64,000 bases of DNA, taken from the NCBI GenBank assembly GCA_021613535.1, contig CP075494.1, positions 2,914,001 through 2,978,000 on the forward strand, given 5' to 3'. The DNA is from Adineta vaga. Taxonomy: Eukaryota > Animalia > Rotifera. The notes under the pieces were generated by a model that saw nothing but the letters and a program-made list of their open reading frames with translations, was not told where the DNA came from and did not search any database. Positions 1-12,890 of this stretch are shown here, in pieces. Within the stretch, counting starts at the first letter, position 1. Each line of letters begins with the position of its first letter. The position numbers and the translations under genes were made by a program.

Positions 1-1417
1 CCATTATTTTTTCTTTTTAATGGACAAATAAAACAAGGACCAATACTTGTTGTATTTCTCGATGTACCTGGAAGACATTCAATTGATTTATAGATTTCCA
101 TTGTTGTTATATCATGTTCAATTTGACATGAACAATAACCCGGAGAACTACTTGATAAAAGAAGTACAACACCAATATTAAGTAGTATACCTAGATGAGA
201 ATTATAAGATATAATTGTTAATATACTATATGGTAAAGATTCATAATTTAATATCGGAAGTATTTGTTGATTATTTGGATAAATTATTTCTGGTGTCGAA
301 TTGAATTCATCAAGAGAATAAATCTAAATATTTAATTTAAAAAGATGATATTCATAATCAGATCTTGTCTGTAGACTTTAGTCTTTTAATCGATCGAAAA
401 ACTCACTTGTATTTGTGATGTTGACCATGGCAGTGTTGATAATGAATAAGCAAGTACAGCAAATGTTTTATTATCAAGTAAAACAAGAGATTTTCCAAAT
501 AAAATTCCTTTTTGTGGATGAATATAGTTTTGTAGAATTAAAATTTCATTATTTATATAAAAAGTTTTCCAAGACAAAATCATAATCATATTTAAATAAG
601 GAATTCCAATAATAAATAAATCAATATGATCAAGAAGAGATATTGATATCATAGAATTACGCGTTATATCAATTGAACTTGAACCAAAATTATATTTAGA
701 TAATTCAGTTAATGAAGAAATAGTTAAATTATCTATTGAAGTGAAATTTAAAACAATTAAATACGAAAGAAATTGAATATTAATAAATCTTTGACCAACA
801 ATAAATAGAAAATGATTTTCATTAATTATTAAAGATTTTGGAAAGAAATAATTTTCATTTTTATGAACAAATTCTGTATTAATTATCGATGTATAATTTG
901 TTTCAATATCGTAACAAATAATATAATAAATTCCAATTGCATAAGCTCGTTTTCCATATGGATCCATTCCAACAAGAGAATGTTCTTGCATTCGAAAATC
1001 AGTTATATTTATTGAAATATAATTCGAAATGCTTACACAACCATTTGAAATTGATGTAAGAGAAACAATTGATAAGAAAACATCTCGTCGTCTATTTTCA
1101 TTAATATAAGAAAATGTTAATTGATGTTCAGTTTGTTTTATTCCAATAATAATATTATAAATAAAATGTGTTAATGACGTTAAACTTCTTTCAATTGTTC
1201 TATAAGGTAAAATACATTTAATTGATTCATTACTAAATGGATTTCGAATAATTGTAAATTGTTCTTTATCATTTTGAGCAAATATACTTAAATATTCATT
1301 TATTGCTAAAAGAGATCCATATGAATCATATTCATTTATATTATTTGGTGGAAGTACAAATTCATTATGAACAAATCTATTTATAATAAATAAGAATATC
1401 CAATAGAAGAAATTCAT
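1..1417 (-). CDS. Secreted/membrane protein of unknown function (partial, runs off the window start)
   Basis: Hydrophobic N-terminus (MNFFYWIFLFII). The ORF continues after a GT-AG intron (324-406) as IYSLDEFNSTPEIIYPNNQQ...CLPGTSRNTTSIGPCFICP, a Cys-rich ephrin/TNFR-like repeat. Confidence 0.6.
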
Positions 1418-2202
1418 TTTTCTTTCTTTGGAATTCTATTCAAATGATTATGATAACTCTTACTTTCAGTGTTATATGATCTTTATGACACTCAATATAT
1501 TTATTAAGATTATAGATATGATCCACTTAAGATTTATGTACTTTACTTTTATTATTTCATTAATCATTGTTTCTTATAGATGTACGTATACTGTAAAACA
1601 ATTAAAATACATAGAATGACAAAATAGAACTGACTGAAATTGTCATGTATTTGTTTATTCTGTTATATTGATATAACAAACTTTCAAATGTATTAAAGAT
1701 TGAATTGTTGAACTAGAAAGTCAGTTTTTTTTTCTAATCTGTTAGTTCTATTATTGATCATAGTTGAAAGAAACGATATTTTTGTTGAAGAGAAATACTA
1801 CTATTGACTCATAATAGCGTCGAACTGATAAGGAATTCTAAGACTTTATGAATTAAATGTCGTTGATAATAGAACGATACATTATGTACTTTTCATTTTC
1901 AGGATAGAAAAAAAATTAGAAGAAATTTATTTTTCCGAAAGAATTTTTAGTATTTTAGTTGTTAACTATTATGAGATGTTTCTATTCCTCTCTAATCACA
2001 CACACACACACACGCACACTAACACTGACTGTTTACAATGAAAATATATCTTTTTATGTAGAATCTGGAAGATGTTCTGTAAGAATATTTTTATCAAAGA
2101 TTTATATCGTCTTCTTATCTTTGGTTTCATTTATTACACATAAAGATACTCTTTTCTCCGAATAGTAAAGAACATTTGTGTTGGAAAAATTTAAACTTCA
2201 TA

Positions 2203-3471
2203 ATGTCTAAAGCACAACGAGAAGTAATTCTTGATGTTAATGAATTATCAAATACTAATATAATTCCTGAGGAAGAAGAAGAAGATTTTTTCGCTCCAAG
2301 AAAACTACCCGTGCCATTAGCTAATTTAAAACAATATGTCGACTCGAAATTCTGTTACTATTCGAAACCTATTAATATTGCTGAAATCATCAGTGTGGAG
2401 CCAAAAATTGCCTATCAATGTTCAATGAAAATATTAACGGAAACAAGAAAATTACGTATGGTAGTACGACCTCATCCATGGAAAACGGAAAAAGTATGGG
2501 GAAGTCGTGGATTAGGTAAGCTAAATAAACTAGAGAGGAAGATTGTCATTCTGAGTTCAATAATGCTATCAATCTAATAAAGGTCGACTGGTTGAAGATA
2601 CGGAAATTACTGGTGAAGCAGTTGGAAATATGTGGACTGATTATTCGATTCCAATTCCATCAACTGATCGATCGAAACAAGTTTTTTCTTTATCTGAGAG
2701 TACGTCATATTCAAGATGCACAAATTGTCGAGCAAAATGCATTGTTACATGTAGCTCGTGTAAAGGCAGTGGTCAAAACTATAATGCGTATGATTCATTA
2801 GATTTCCTCCTAGTGAATCGATTGATTATACATGATATTTTGTAGGGAAATAACAGAGAGATGTTCTAGTTGTCGTGGTGCTGGAAAAGTTGCTTGTGGT
2901 GATTGTAATGGCTTAGGAGGTTTTCGTCATGTACCAACATTGACTGTTAAATGGTTCACTCGACAATCGATATGGTTTTATCAAAATTCTTTTCTACACA
3001 CGAAAAAAATTCGTAAAGGACAACGAATACTAATCTGGTCGGTTTCACGAATACCATGGTCAAAAGCTGCAGCAATTGAAGGATGTGTTCAAACAATACG
3101 TGAAGATACTCGTGATATTCCTTTAAGAGAAAATATTATTCAAGATTATCATATAAAACACTTAAATCCTGTGCAAAATAAAAATAATGAAATGCGACGT
3201 TTAGATTTCTCTATAGAACGAATGAATTTCGAAGAAGTTCGTTATACGATGGGAGAAGATTTTGTCAATAAACGAGAACCAACACTAGGTACAAATACGT
3301 TTATCTCTTTCGTCTTAATATTCTATTGCTTTAGATAATACATTTCGATTCTGTCAATATCCTGGAAATCAAGAACAAACTTTGATCTACGAAAATGATT
3401 ATCCATACAACTGTTGTGGTTGTTTTGGAGAAAAAGCAGCTTGTTATGTACCATGCTGTACGATTCTTTAA
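2203..3471 (+). CDS. SSUH2: Protein SSUH2 homolog (DnaJ-type CxxCxGxG zinc-finger repeats, C-terminal CaaX), multi-exon
   Basis: CTNC, CSSCKGSG, CSSCRGAG and CGDCNGLG repeats across ORFs 2176-3338, joined by short introns. The last exon ends YPYNCCGC...PCCTIL*. Confidence 0.8.
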
Positions 3472-3818
3472 CGATAAACGATTGAATAAAATCAACTAAA
3501 TCTGACGTTCTTTTTGTGATAATTTGTTTCTTTTGTTTATTCTACATACGCAAGAGAACAATATTTCATTCATATATATGTAAACCACGTGTTATTTCAT
3601 GAATAAGAATGAATATATTCATGATAAACTTGTTTTTTTTCTCTCGATATACATGTAAACGAGTAAATTCATTGATGTTTATTCATATACACTATCAATG
3701 TACTTTAAATTACATGACTAATAAGTTTATTCTCGTCGAACGTCATTATTACGTCTGTTCATTTGAGAAAAAGAATAAGAAGAGAAACTAATATATTTAT
3801 TACTTTCTCTTTTACAAA

Positions 3819-5846
3819 ATGGACATCTTATCAACAAATGAAACTGTAACATCGGTATATGCCACTGGACAATCAACGATCAAATGTCCAAAAGATGCTA
3901 TAGATATTCTCTTTAAGAAATCGAACCATCATTTACGATCAAAAGTCAAGCATGAATTACTAAAACATGAAGTAACACAAGAAGAAATCGATTCTGCAGC
4001 AAAATATGGTCGGTTTTCTCAACGTCCGAGTGATTTATTTCTCAAAGTATGTATGTTATCAATTGTAAAGAAAAAAAAAGAGATTTTTATCGATGAATTT
4101 TAGCTATTTCATTGTGTAATTCGTACACTTGAATATGAACCACTGAGTGGATGTGTTTCACCAAAATTAATTGGTACATCTGGTGTCATTCCTTTAACAA
4201 TTATTTCAACAATTCCAGATATTATGCAACATTATCATCATGTTATTGTCCATGCTCAAAAAGAAGTTCTATTTGCAACATGCTGGTGGTTAAAAGGTGA
4301 TACTGCAATTATGATTGGTAATGCCTTACGAGATTTGAGTAAACGTGCTGCACAAGAAAAACGACAAGTTATTGTTAAACTTATGATTGATCATTTTACA
4401 AAAAGAAATTTAATTCATTCTCATAATATTCTTCCATCTAGTGAATGGACTCATTGTAATATTCCTTCAGCTGAAGAATTACCTTTCATTACAATGGAAG
4501 TAAATACTTATCATCGAATAATTCTCGGTGCATTTCATTCAAAATTTTTAATAGTTGATCGAAAGATTGCACTTTTAAATAGTAATAATATTTATGATCG
4601 ACCAAATTTAGAAATGATGGTACATTATGAAGGAGATATTGTCAATTCATTTTATGATACATATCTTATTACTTGGCAACTACCATTACAACCTAATCTT
4701 GTATGTTTACAAGAAGAAGCATCGAATGATCAAGAATTTGATTTTGGTATAGATAGTGCAGTAGGTTCTTCGGTCAAAGGTTCATTAAAACGAGCAGTTG
4801 CTAATGCACGATTCCGGCTTCGACGTTATTATAGTATTGATGAAAATGAGATGAATCTTAACAAATCTCCTGAAACTTTTCCAAATATTGTTTCAAAAGT
4901 TTTATTAAAAAAAAAAAATTCATATTCACCAAATGTACTTGTTAAAACAACAACTGAAATCGCGGGTAATGTCATTCATATTGCTACTTCTCCTCGATTA
5001 CAACATCCACTTACTACTCATTTGAATGGAACCTCTCCAATTGCTCAAAGAACAAAAACTGCAGAGAATCTAACTCAACAACAATTGCAAAGTCTTTCGG
5101 TTGATTTTTCACCTTTTGTCTTTCATACTCCACATGAACCAATTCCTATTGCACTTGTCAATCGTGAATCGCATGGTCGGCCAGGTCATGGAGATATTAT
5201 AAATCCACAAAATGCTGCATGGTTAGGTGCATTTCGATATGCACAACGTTCAATATTCATTCAATCTCCAATGTTCAATGCAACTTTAGCAATCGATGGT
5301 GTTATCAGTGCTTGTCGACGTGGAATTAAAGTGATTTTATGGCTTGATTTAGGTTATGATGCGCTGAAGGAAGGTTTTGGAACATTTCAAGGTGGAACGA
5401 ATGATCATGTGGTGAAGAAAATCTACAAACAATTAAAAGGAGATGGTCAAGGAACTGAGAAAAATCTTGAAGCTTTCTGGTACACAGCGAAAGGTAAGTC
5501 GAATGGCTGAATCGATATAAATCTAAATCGTTTTGTATTATAATAGATCAAATACGTCCTTTTAATTTTTCACAAAAACAACGTAATTGTCATATTAAAT
5601 TCATGTCCATTGATGAACAAGTTGCCATTATGGGTAGTGGAAATATGGATACACAAACTTGGTGTCATTCTCAGGTAAATATTAACTTTCTTTTATAGAT
5701 TTTTTCTACTATATCTTCCATAGGAAATGAATACAATGATTGATTCACCATTAATTGTTAAAGAATTAATCGATGCTCTTTATAAAAATCAATCAACAAA
5801 CAAATACGGAAGAGTGGGTGAAGATGGACAATGGCACGACATTTAG
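3819..5846 (+). CDS. Phospholipase D superfamily protein (two HKD motifs), fungal-like, multi-exon
   Basis: FHSKFLIVD...NSNN in the large exon and CHIKFMSID...GSGNMD in the exon at ~5530-5674. Three GT-AG introns. Confidence 0.85.
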
Positions 5847-6502
5847 ACTCTAAATATATATGTTTTTTTTTTTGGTGACAGAACTTTTATCGATGTTAGT
5901 TTGTGTTATTAAATATGCACTGAAAAGGAAAAAAAGAACGAAAAAAGTAATTTCGCATGTGATATTGTCATATAAAACTCGAAAAGGAAGAGGAGACGCG
6001 TGATGTTTGTTTTCCGTTCATTTATATTTTTGCTTCCAAGTTAATAATACATTTTACGAAATAAATATTCGAACAATCAGCATCAGATTAGAAGAACGAT
6101 TTTCCTGGTAAATTTCAAGTACTTTTTCGTAATATAAAATTGCTTACAAACATAGCCTTCCATATTTTATACAACGAAAAATGACTGAAAACGGGTATGT
6201 ATAATTCAGTAATTACATTTTATTAAAACTAAAAAATGTAAGAAGGAAGAGATTAGATTGGAAAATGAAAAAAGTTCGTTAATGCCAACAATTGTCGAAG
6301 AAAATATTTGGTAACTATTGTAACTCTTTGTTTTCGCCATATATTCTAATACGGAAAGAAAAACAAAATATTTTAAAATCAAAACCTTCTGCATATCATG
6401 ACGTAAAAGAGAAATATGCAAACGGTCACATTAGTATCGTAGCAGACAAAATACACTACAAGATGTATCATCGAAATCCTATATCAATACAACGCACCTA
6501 GT

Positions 6503-6640
6503 TTAACGGCCAGGATTTACAATTGGAAGGTTAAAACCAGGTCGACCACAGTAAATGCCACGAGGGTACATATAACAAACATTAGGAGCACAGCAACGAA
6601 CTTTTTGACAAACACCATAAGCACATTGAGGTTTTACGTA
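6503..6640 (-). CDS. Cysteine-rich inhibitor-cystine-knot-like peptide exon, with no start codon found (remnant or unspliced exon)
   Basis: Hand translation: YVKPQCAYGVCQKVRCCAPNVCYMYPRGIYCGRPGFNLPIVNPGR*, with C-C-CC-C-C spacing. Confidence 0.55.
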   Translation of the reverse strand, partial: YVKPQCAYGVCQKVRCCAPNVCYMYPRGIYCGRPGFNLPIVNPGR

Positions 6641-6807
6641 TTTGAGGGTGTGGGTGTGGGTATGAAGGAAATAACTATATCTTTATGCATAGATAATTAA
6701 AAGAAATTGTGTCCGGGATTTCTTTGTTTATTAATTTATGAATTGAAAAAAAAAGTATCAGTCTATAGTACATTATGTAAAAATACATAAATCTCTGTGA
6801 TTTTGAT

Positions 6808-7771
6808 TTATTTGATAGAAAATGGAATTCGAACTTTTAATTGTTTATCTTCATCGATTTCTTTTGTCATTTGATCAGGTTGTGCACCACTTGGTAATGT
6901 TGTTAATCGAAAGAAACGTGCTCGTTTTGAATGACGATCTTCTGTACGTTTACGTTCACCTTGAATAATCAAATCATTATCTTTGATTGAAACATCAATT
7001 TCTTCCAATGGAAATTCTTTTACATCAATTGTCATTTGTAATATTTTTCTATTGTCATCAAGTTCAACAATGCATGGATGAAAATCTGCATTGACTAAAC
7101 GTTTCATATAATTGGCCAATGAATCATTTGATTGATCTGATTGTGTTGTATTTTTATTTTTATTATTTTCTGTTTTTACAAGACAACCACTTTTTTGTGA
7201 ATTTCCATAAGGTACTTCGATAAGAAGAATTTTGTCTGATATCATTTGTGAAGTCATACGTGTTGCATCTATATGTTAATAAGATTTAAGAAAATGAATA
7301 GTTCAAAATTACTTTTTGTTACTAACCAGCTTGTTTTGGGATTGTATATGAATTTTTCAATTGTTGAACACCACAATTACAATGTTTTTTGGGATCTCCT
7401 TGATTAGCTTCGACAAATAGTTTTCCATTTTCAGCTTTTATTTTCACATCTTTCTGATCGAATCCAGTAACATTCACACGAATGCAGAACTTTTCAGGTT
7501 TTTTATCGCATGTTTTTGGTACAAGACATTTCTTGTTATCATTTTTGTCTGTATTTCCTGATTTATTTGGTTGTGTTGAACGTTTATCTACTTTTGATGT
7601 TGATTTGTCTGGTTCTGCTACTGGTGGTTGAGATTTTTTATTGCAATATCGATTAGCTGGAAAACAACAAGATGGTGGACATTTATCGAAACAAGGCCAT
7701 GGATCACAAATATTTTCTTCATTAGATGGAGCCTTGGCAATATCTCGTGAAGATTTTTTATCATTTACCAT
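6808..7771 (-). CDS. Small heat shock protein with two alpha-crystallin domains
   Basis: Two ACD-like blocks (FCIRVNVTGFDQKDVKIKAENGKLFVEA; MTIDVKEFPLEEIDVSIKDNDLIIQGE...TTLPSG). Intron 7269-7326 joins the two ORFs in frame. Confidence 0.8.
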
Positions 7772-8877
7772 TATGAATGTAAATTAAGTGAAAATGAGTG
7801 TTGAATTTCCTTCATACACGAAAATTTATACACACATTCGTACAAATATACAACCAAGACACGTTAAATGAGTACTGAAGTGCAACATTTTCATTTCTTA
7901 CATCACCATCCGTCATGGTTAGTTCTTTTTTACGTAGGTTTTATTTTTTGTTTCTTTCGCTTCTATTTGGAAAAATTTGAAAACATTTTTACATTAATTA
8001 TTTTTTGGCGTCGTTGAAAAAATGTTGCGTTAACTTTAAAGGGTCAAGGGTGGGTGTCCCTTCGTCACTCTCTAATTATTGTTCTCTATCAAATTCAATA
8101 GACAGAGTAGAAAAGAAGAATTGAACATTATATACGTGTGTACTTTTCAATCTCAAGGAAGGAGTTATAGATAGATAAACTATACAAAAATCGAAGATGA
8201 TGAATCTAAAAGTATTTTTTGTTACGTAGGAAGAGAATATTTCTAATATTTTCATGGCTAAATCTAGAATACACCATATTACAAGTTTTTCTATATATTT
8301 GCTTGTATAGAATGAAAATTGACAAGTCATACACAATATCTGAAATATTCTCAAAACGAATCATTATGTTTTAGAGATATTTTTAAATAAAACAGTTTAG
8401 TACAGGAATTCTTGAATTATAATATTTTGTACAATTTCTTTCAAGCTCAAACGAATTTCAGTCCAACATTTTTCATGAATGATTTGCTTTGTTTAAGGTA
8501 ACTGGTCAAATTTGTCGAGAATTCAATCGAACTACTTTGAAACCACATATTTCTTTTCACTACAATGATTGTTACATGTCACATTCTCACAAGCCCATTG
8601 AACAAAAGATTATATGGGTTGCGGCAAAACTGGTGATGGCAAATAATTCTCACTGTTTGAATCTTCAATATAACGGAAGAATATCATCTATTGTCGTTAT
8701 CTGATCTCTCTGACTCGATAGGTATGCTTTATTCATCTAAACTCATATTCATATCCATACCCTCACACCCACATCATGACTCACACGTTGATATTTATCA
8801 ATCAAAACTTAGACAACAGATAGAATTGAATTTTTTTTTCGAAAAAACTGAATAAAAGGTATAAACGTTGAGTAACA

Positions 8878-9522
8878 TCAGTTTTGAATAAAACGCACTT
8901 GAACACTTTCACCTATGTATGATTGAATCTTTTCTCCTAATATATGAAAAGCCATTGCTTCCAGACATTTTTTGTTTTCTTCATCGTTCAATTTTGCTAA
9001 AACTTTCTGAATTTCTTTATCATTTCCGATATTGAATAAATCGTACCAAATACCGAGAGGAAAAAGAATTGCTGCAAAAGGAAACAAAGGAATTGCCAAT
9101 AGGAAAAACCGGGTCACTGGAAATGGAGAATTTGGACGTACAGTAAATGTTTTTTCCATCGAAGCGATTAAAATCTTGTGTTCATCGGTTGTATTTGTTT
9201 TTCTTCGACTTGTAACAAAAATTGAAACAGATATATGAGTTTTAGTACCAGTAATTAAAGCTTTGGCCATGTTTGTCCCTTCTGATATAAATTTTAATCG
9301 TTGAATATAATTCTTAACTTCTTCATTGGCATTTTTATGTTGTTCAAGTAAAGTTTCTATATATTTATCCATATGCGAATGTTTAATCGTATTTGTAACA
9401 ACTTCGAAATCATCTTGTTGTCGATCAATATATTTGTTTTCAAGCAAACGATAAGCTTGTTCAACCAAATTATTATCTACTGGTATATTCACTACTAAAG
9501 GTTGACCGATTGAAGATGCCAT
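8878..9522 (-). CDS. Intronless protein of unknown function, paralog A (carries an extra hydrophobic segment)
   Basis: 214-aa ORF sharing PLVVNIP, DEHKILIASM, KLN-E--KKCLEAM, LGEKIQ and VRFI with the ORF at 9891-10493. Confidence 0.75.
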   Translation of the reverse strand: MASSIGQPLVVNIPVDNNLVEQAYRLLENKYIDRQQDDFEVVTNTIKHSHMDKYIETLLEQHKNANEEVKNYIQRLKFISEGTNMAKALITGTKTHISVSIFVTSRRKTNTTDEHKILIASMEKTFTVRPNSPFPVTRFFLLAIPLFPFAAILFPLGIWYDLFNIGNDKEIQKVLAKLNDEENKKCLEAMAFHILGEKIQSYIGESVQVRFIQN

Positions 9523-9890
9523 AAATGAGAAGAAAACTTTAATGCAATTACAAAATACGTCATTTATTTATGAAGAATAAATTGGAAATTTCAATGCATC
9601 CATATACTTCAGGTTTTATTTATTTAACAATGGAAATTTCTCCAACACGATTAAAAGTAATCTTAAGTAAATATATTTGAGAATAAATTCATTCTGTGTA
9701 TGTAAGTACATATCTTGTTCTGTTCTATGAATAATGTTAAGCAAACGAAAGATAAGGACAAAAATATTGACATATGACTAATAGAATAACCAGGAATTAA
9801 TTTTTTACTGTCGGAATTTTCACAGTAAATCTTATTTAAAAAGGAATATACAACTCGTCAAATTTTGTCTTCAATTGATATCCAACAAAC

Positions 9891-10493
9891 ATGGCAAGCG
9901 CGATTATTCCAGCTACGACATCAACTGTTCTACCTTTGGTAGTGAATATACCAATTGTGAATCAAGATATGGTTAAAAAAGCATTCACTTTATTAACAAA
10001 TCGTCGTGTAAAACAAAGTGAAGAACATTTTCTTATTTCTACTGAAACTATTGATCATGCCGATATGAAAGAATACTCAGAATTACTTTGTGAACAATAC
10101 AAAGATGCTGATAAAGAGGTACATGATTATCTTGTACGATTACATTTAAATAAAGAAGGAACACAAGTAGCAAAAGCAATTATTGTTGGTACAAAAAATG
10201 AATTTTCAATTTCACTTATTGCAGTAAGTCGACAAAAAATCAATGGCAATGATGAACATAAAATTTTAATTGCTTCTATGAAAAAAAAAGTACAGATGTC
10301 AGCAACATGGAATCTATTTGCAACATTATTTGGTATTCCAACTCAAGAACAAAAAGAATTAGAAAATATTGTATGCAAGTTAAACAATGAAGATAGTAAA
10401 AAATGTCTTGAAGCTATGGTTTTACAAGCATTAGGAGAAAAAATTCAACAATTTATGGGTAGTAATGTAGAAGTTCGATTTATCGAAAAGTAG
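9891..10493 (+). CDS. Intronless protein of unknown function, paralog B
   Basis: 200-aa ORF colinear with paralog A and divergently oriented. Confidence 0.75.
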   Translation: MASAIIPATTSTVLPLVVNIPIVNQDMVKKAFTLLTNRRVKQSEEHFLISTETIDHADMKEYSELLCEQYKDADKEVHDYLVRLHLNKEGTQVAKAIIVGTKNEFSISLIAVSRQKINGNDEHKILIASMKKKVQMSATWNLFATLFGIPTQEQKELENIVCKLNNEDSKKCLEAMVLQALGEKIQQFMGSNVEVRFIEK

Positions 10494-10748
10494 TTCAAAA
10501 CTTTACCCGGCAAACAGACAAATATTTGAGAAAAATAGCGCATTTTCACACCACGATTATGAACCTTTCATGTCCAGTTTGTTTGAGGCGTGAATGGGTC
10601 ACAATCACTTTTTGTCAAATTCTCGTCGGTTTGAATATATAAAATATTTCTTCTTTTATTTCTTATAAAATATATCCTGATGTGAAAAATTCGATGATAT
10701 TAACAACAAATACACAATTGAAAGGCTTTTCTTGGTGTTTCTGAATTT

Positions 10749-10800
10749 GGTGTGGGTGTCGATGGTATCTTAGTATCCTTACACCCACACCCACCCTCAA
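10749..10800. repeat. Telomere-repeat mini-palindrome
   Basis: GGTGTGGGTGT...ACACCCACACCCACCCTCAA. Confidence 0.7.
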
Positions 10801-11006
10801 CATCGCTCCAGATCCTAGTTGAATTTGATAGAATTCATTCTCCTGGAGACACCGAGAAAAAGTCAAATAAACCATTGAGCATAATATTTTAATAGTAGAA
10901 TGAAATAAAATAATTAGTAATGAACGTTATTGGCGACAATAATTCGTTGAAATTGGACATTGACTCAGATAAATATCGATTCTATTGAATGTATAATTAT
11001 AATTCT

Positions 11007-11951
11007 TTATGATGATGTTGACACGATCCGATTGGAACAACCATTGATTATTTTCTTTATAGGCGTTTTGATTGCATCTGTAAACTGAAATAAAGTAATC
11101 ATCACAAATGCTAATGATATATTAATAAATGCATAAGCAATTCGAAAATGATATGTTGGTGGAGTAAGGAAAAATGAAGTTAATATTAACAATACATAAG
11201 GAATTTTAATTGCAAATAAAATCATGACAAGTATGGTTGTTCGACGAACCATTTTCAGTTCTTGTTGTGTACGAAGTAAAGTATTTGTAACTATACCACG
11301 TTTATTTATTCGATGAACATATAGAACTAATTTAATATAGATAACTGTAAGTAACCAAACTGGAGTTATATAAACACAAAATGCGGCATAATTGATTGAA
11401 AATGAAAGTCGAAGTGGTAGTTGACAGATTTGGTTGGAAACATTATAAATGATTTCATGAGTTAACATAAATGGAATAGGAAATAAAAAAGCAAATATCC
11501 ATATTAAACAAATAAGTGATATTAATGTTCGAGCAGATTGCCAAGATAAACGACTTGGATGAATAATAGTAATATATCGATAGATCGATTGTAATAAATA
11601 AGAATAGTTTTGTAATGCACATGCACTGTAACTTAAATATCCTCGAAATACACAAAATGAATCTTCATATTTTATTTGTTTAAGATCATTTTCTAATGTA
11701 AAGATAGACATCCATAAGATATTACCTCCCAAGATAATTTCACACAAACACAAATTGGCAACTAATATCATTGGAACTGTATGACATGCTTTATCAAAAA
11801 CTACAATCAATAAACCAATTATTGCAAGTCCAACAACTATGATATTACAAATAATTGACAATACATCCAGAGAAATTAACCATAACTCAACTGTTGTTGA
11901 AATCGAATTATTTATCGATGCTAATGGTATTAAGAACTCTGTTGTATTCAT
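11007..11951 (-). CDS. Rhodopsin-like (class A) 7TM GPCR
   Basis: Seven hydrophobic segments, C in TM3, YRY (DRY-like) motif and ECL2 Cys. Confidence 0.85.
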   Translation of the reverse strand: MNTTEFLIPLASINNSISTTVELWLISLDVLSIICNIIVVGLAIIGLLIVVFDKACHTVPMILVANLCLCEIILGGNILWMSIFTLENDLKQIKYEDSFCVFRGYLSYSACALQNYSYLLQSIYRYITIIHPSRLSWQSARTLISLICLIWIFAFLFPIPFMLTHEIIYNVSNQICQLPLRLSFSINYAAFCVYITPVWLLTVIYIKLVLYVHRINKRGIVTNTLLRTQQELKMVRRTTILVMILFAIKIPYVLLILTSFFLTPPTYHFRIAYAFINISLAFVMITLFQFTDAIKTPIKKIINGCSNRIVSTSS

Positions 11952-12754
11952 TTTTCTAGAATAAAGAAATGAATGAAGAGAAAGATGAGTTGAATTATAA
12001 TCGAGATTATATATACGATTGTTTTTATGAATGGTAATTTCTCTTTGAGTGTTAATAATATGATCATTACCTTGTTTTTTTTCGCTTCGAAGGATTTGTT
12101 CTAGATTTTACTTAATCACCATGTGAATAATTTTAAGTTACTTTGACAAAACTTTTCCTGTAGATCAACCGACGGCAAATTCGACGATCTATTTTTGTAC
12201 GAATCATATCATTGTTGAACTAATATGATGAGAATAAAATTTTCCGATAAGCATATCATTTTCTTGTCTCATCTGATCTCTATAATCGTTTAAAAAGTGG
12301 TACTCAAAACTATGACATGCAATATGTTACAATCGTACAATTTCTATCCAATTTTGAGCGACATTGGATATCGCAGTAATATTAGTTTATCTACAGATAA
12401 ATGTGTATATTAGAGCAGTTTATTGAGTATTTTCATATATTTAGATAATTAATGAGTGTGAACTTTGATTGCGTGCATTTTATTTGATTAACTTGAATAA
12501 TCTAAGAGTACAGAGTGCTAAATTTGAAAAATTAGGAAACTGTAGCACGGTTGTCATACTTTCCGATTGAAGATAATTAGACACATCTTCACGGATATAT
12601 ACTTTATTATTAAAATCGAGAAGGTGTTACAGAAAATGGAACAATATGAGTGTTAAAATCAAGATATAATTGAGTGTTATCTTCACATATGAATCTTATT
12701 GAAAGTCTATCATTAAGTATATTCCTTTTTTTTCTGAAAGGAAGAGTTATAAAG

Positions 12755-12890
12755 TCTTGAGGGTGTGAGTATTTCAGGATGTGGATGAGATTGATATGCA
12801 AATGTACTACCCTCACACACCGCCACCGTCTTGAGGAAGGGTGTAGGTGTATCTTCTTCAGTCACATTTACACCCACATCCTCATTAAGA
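12755..12890. repeat. Two adjacent telomere-repeat mini-palindromes
   Basis: TCTTGAGGGTGTGAG...CCCTCACACACC and TCTTGAGG..GGGTGTAGGTGT...ACACCCACATCCTCA. Confidence 0.65.
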
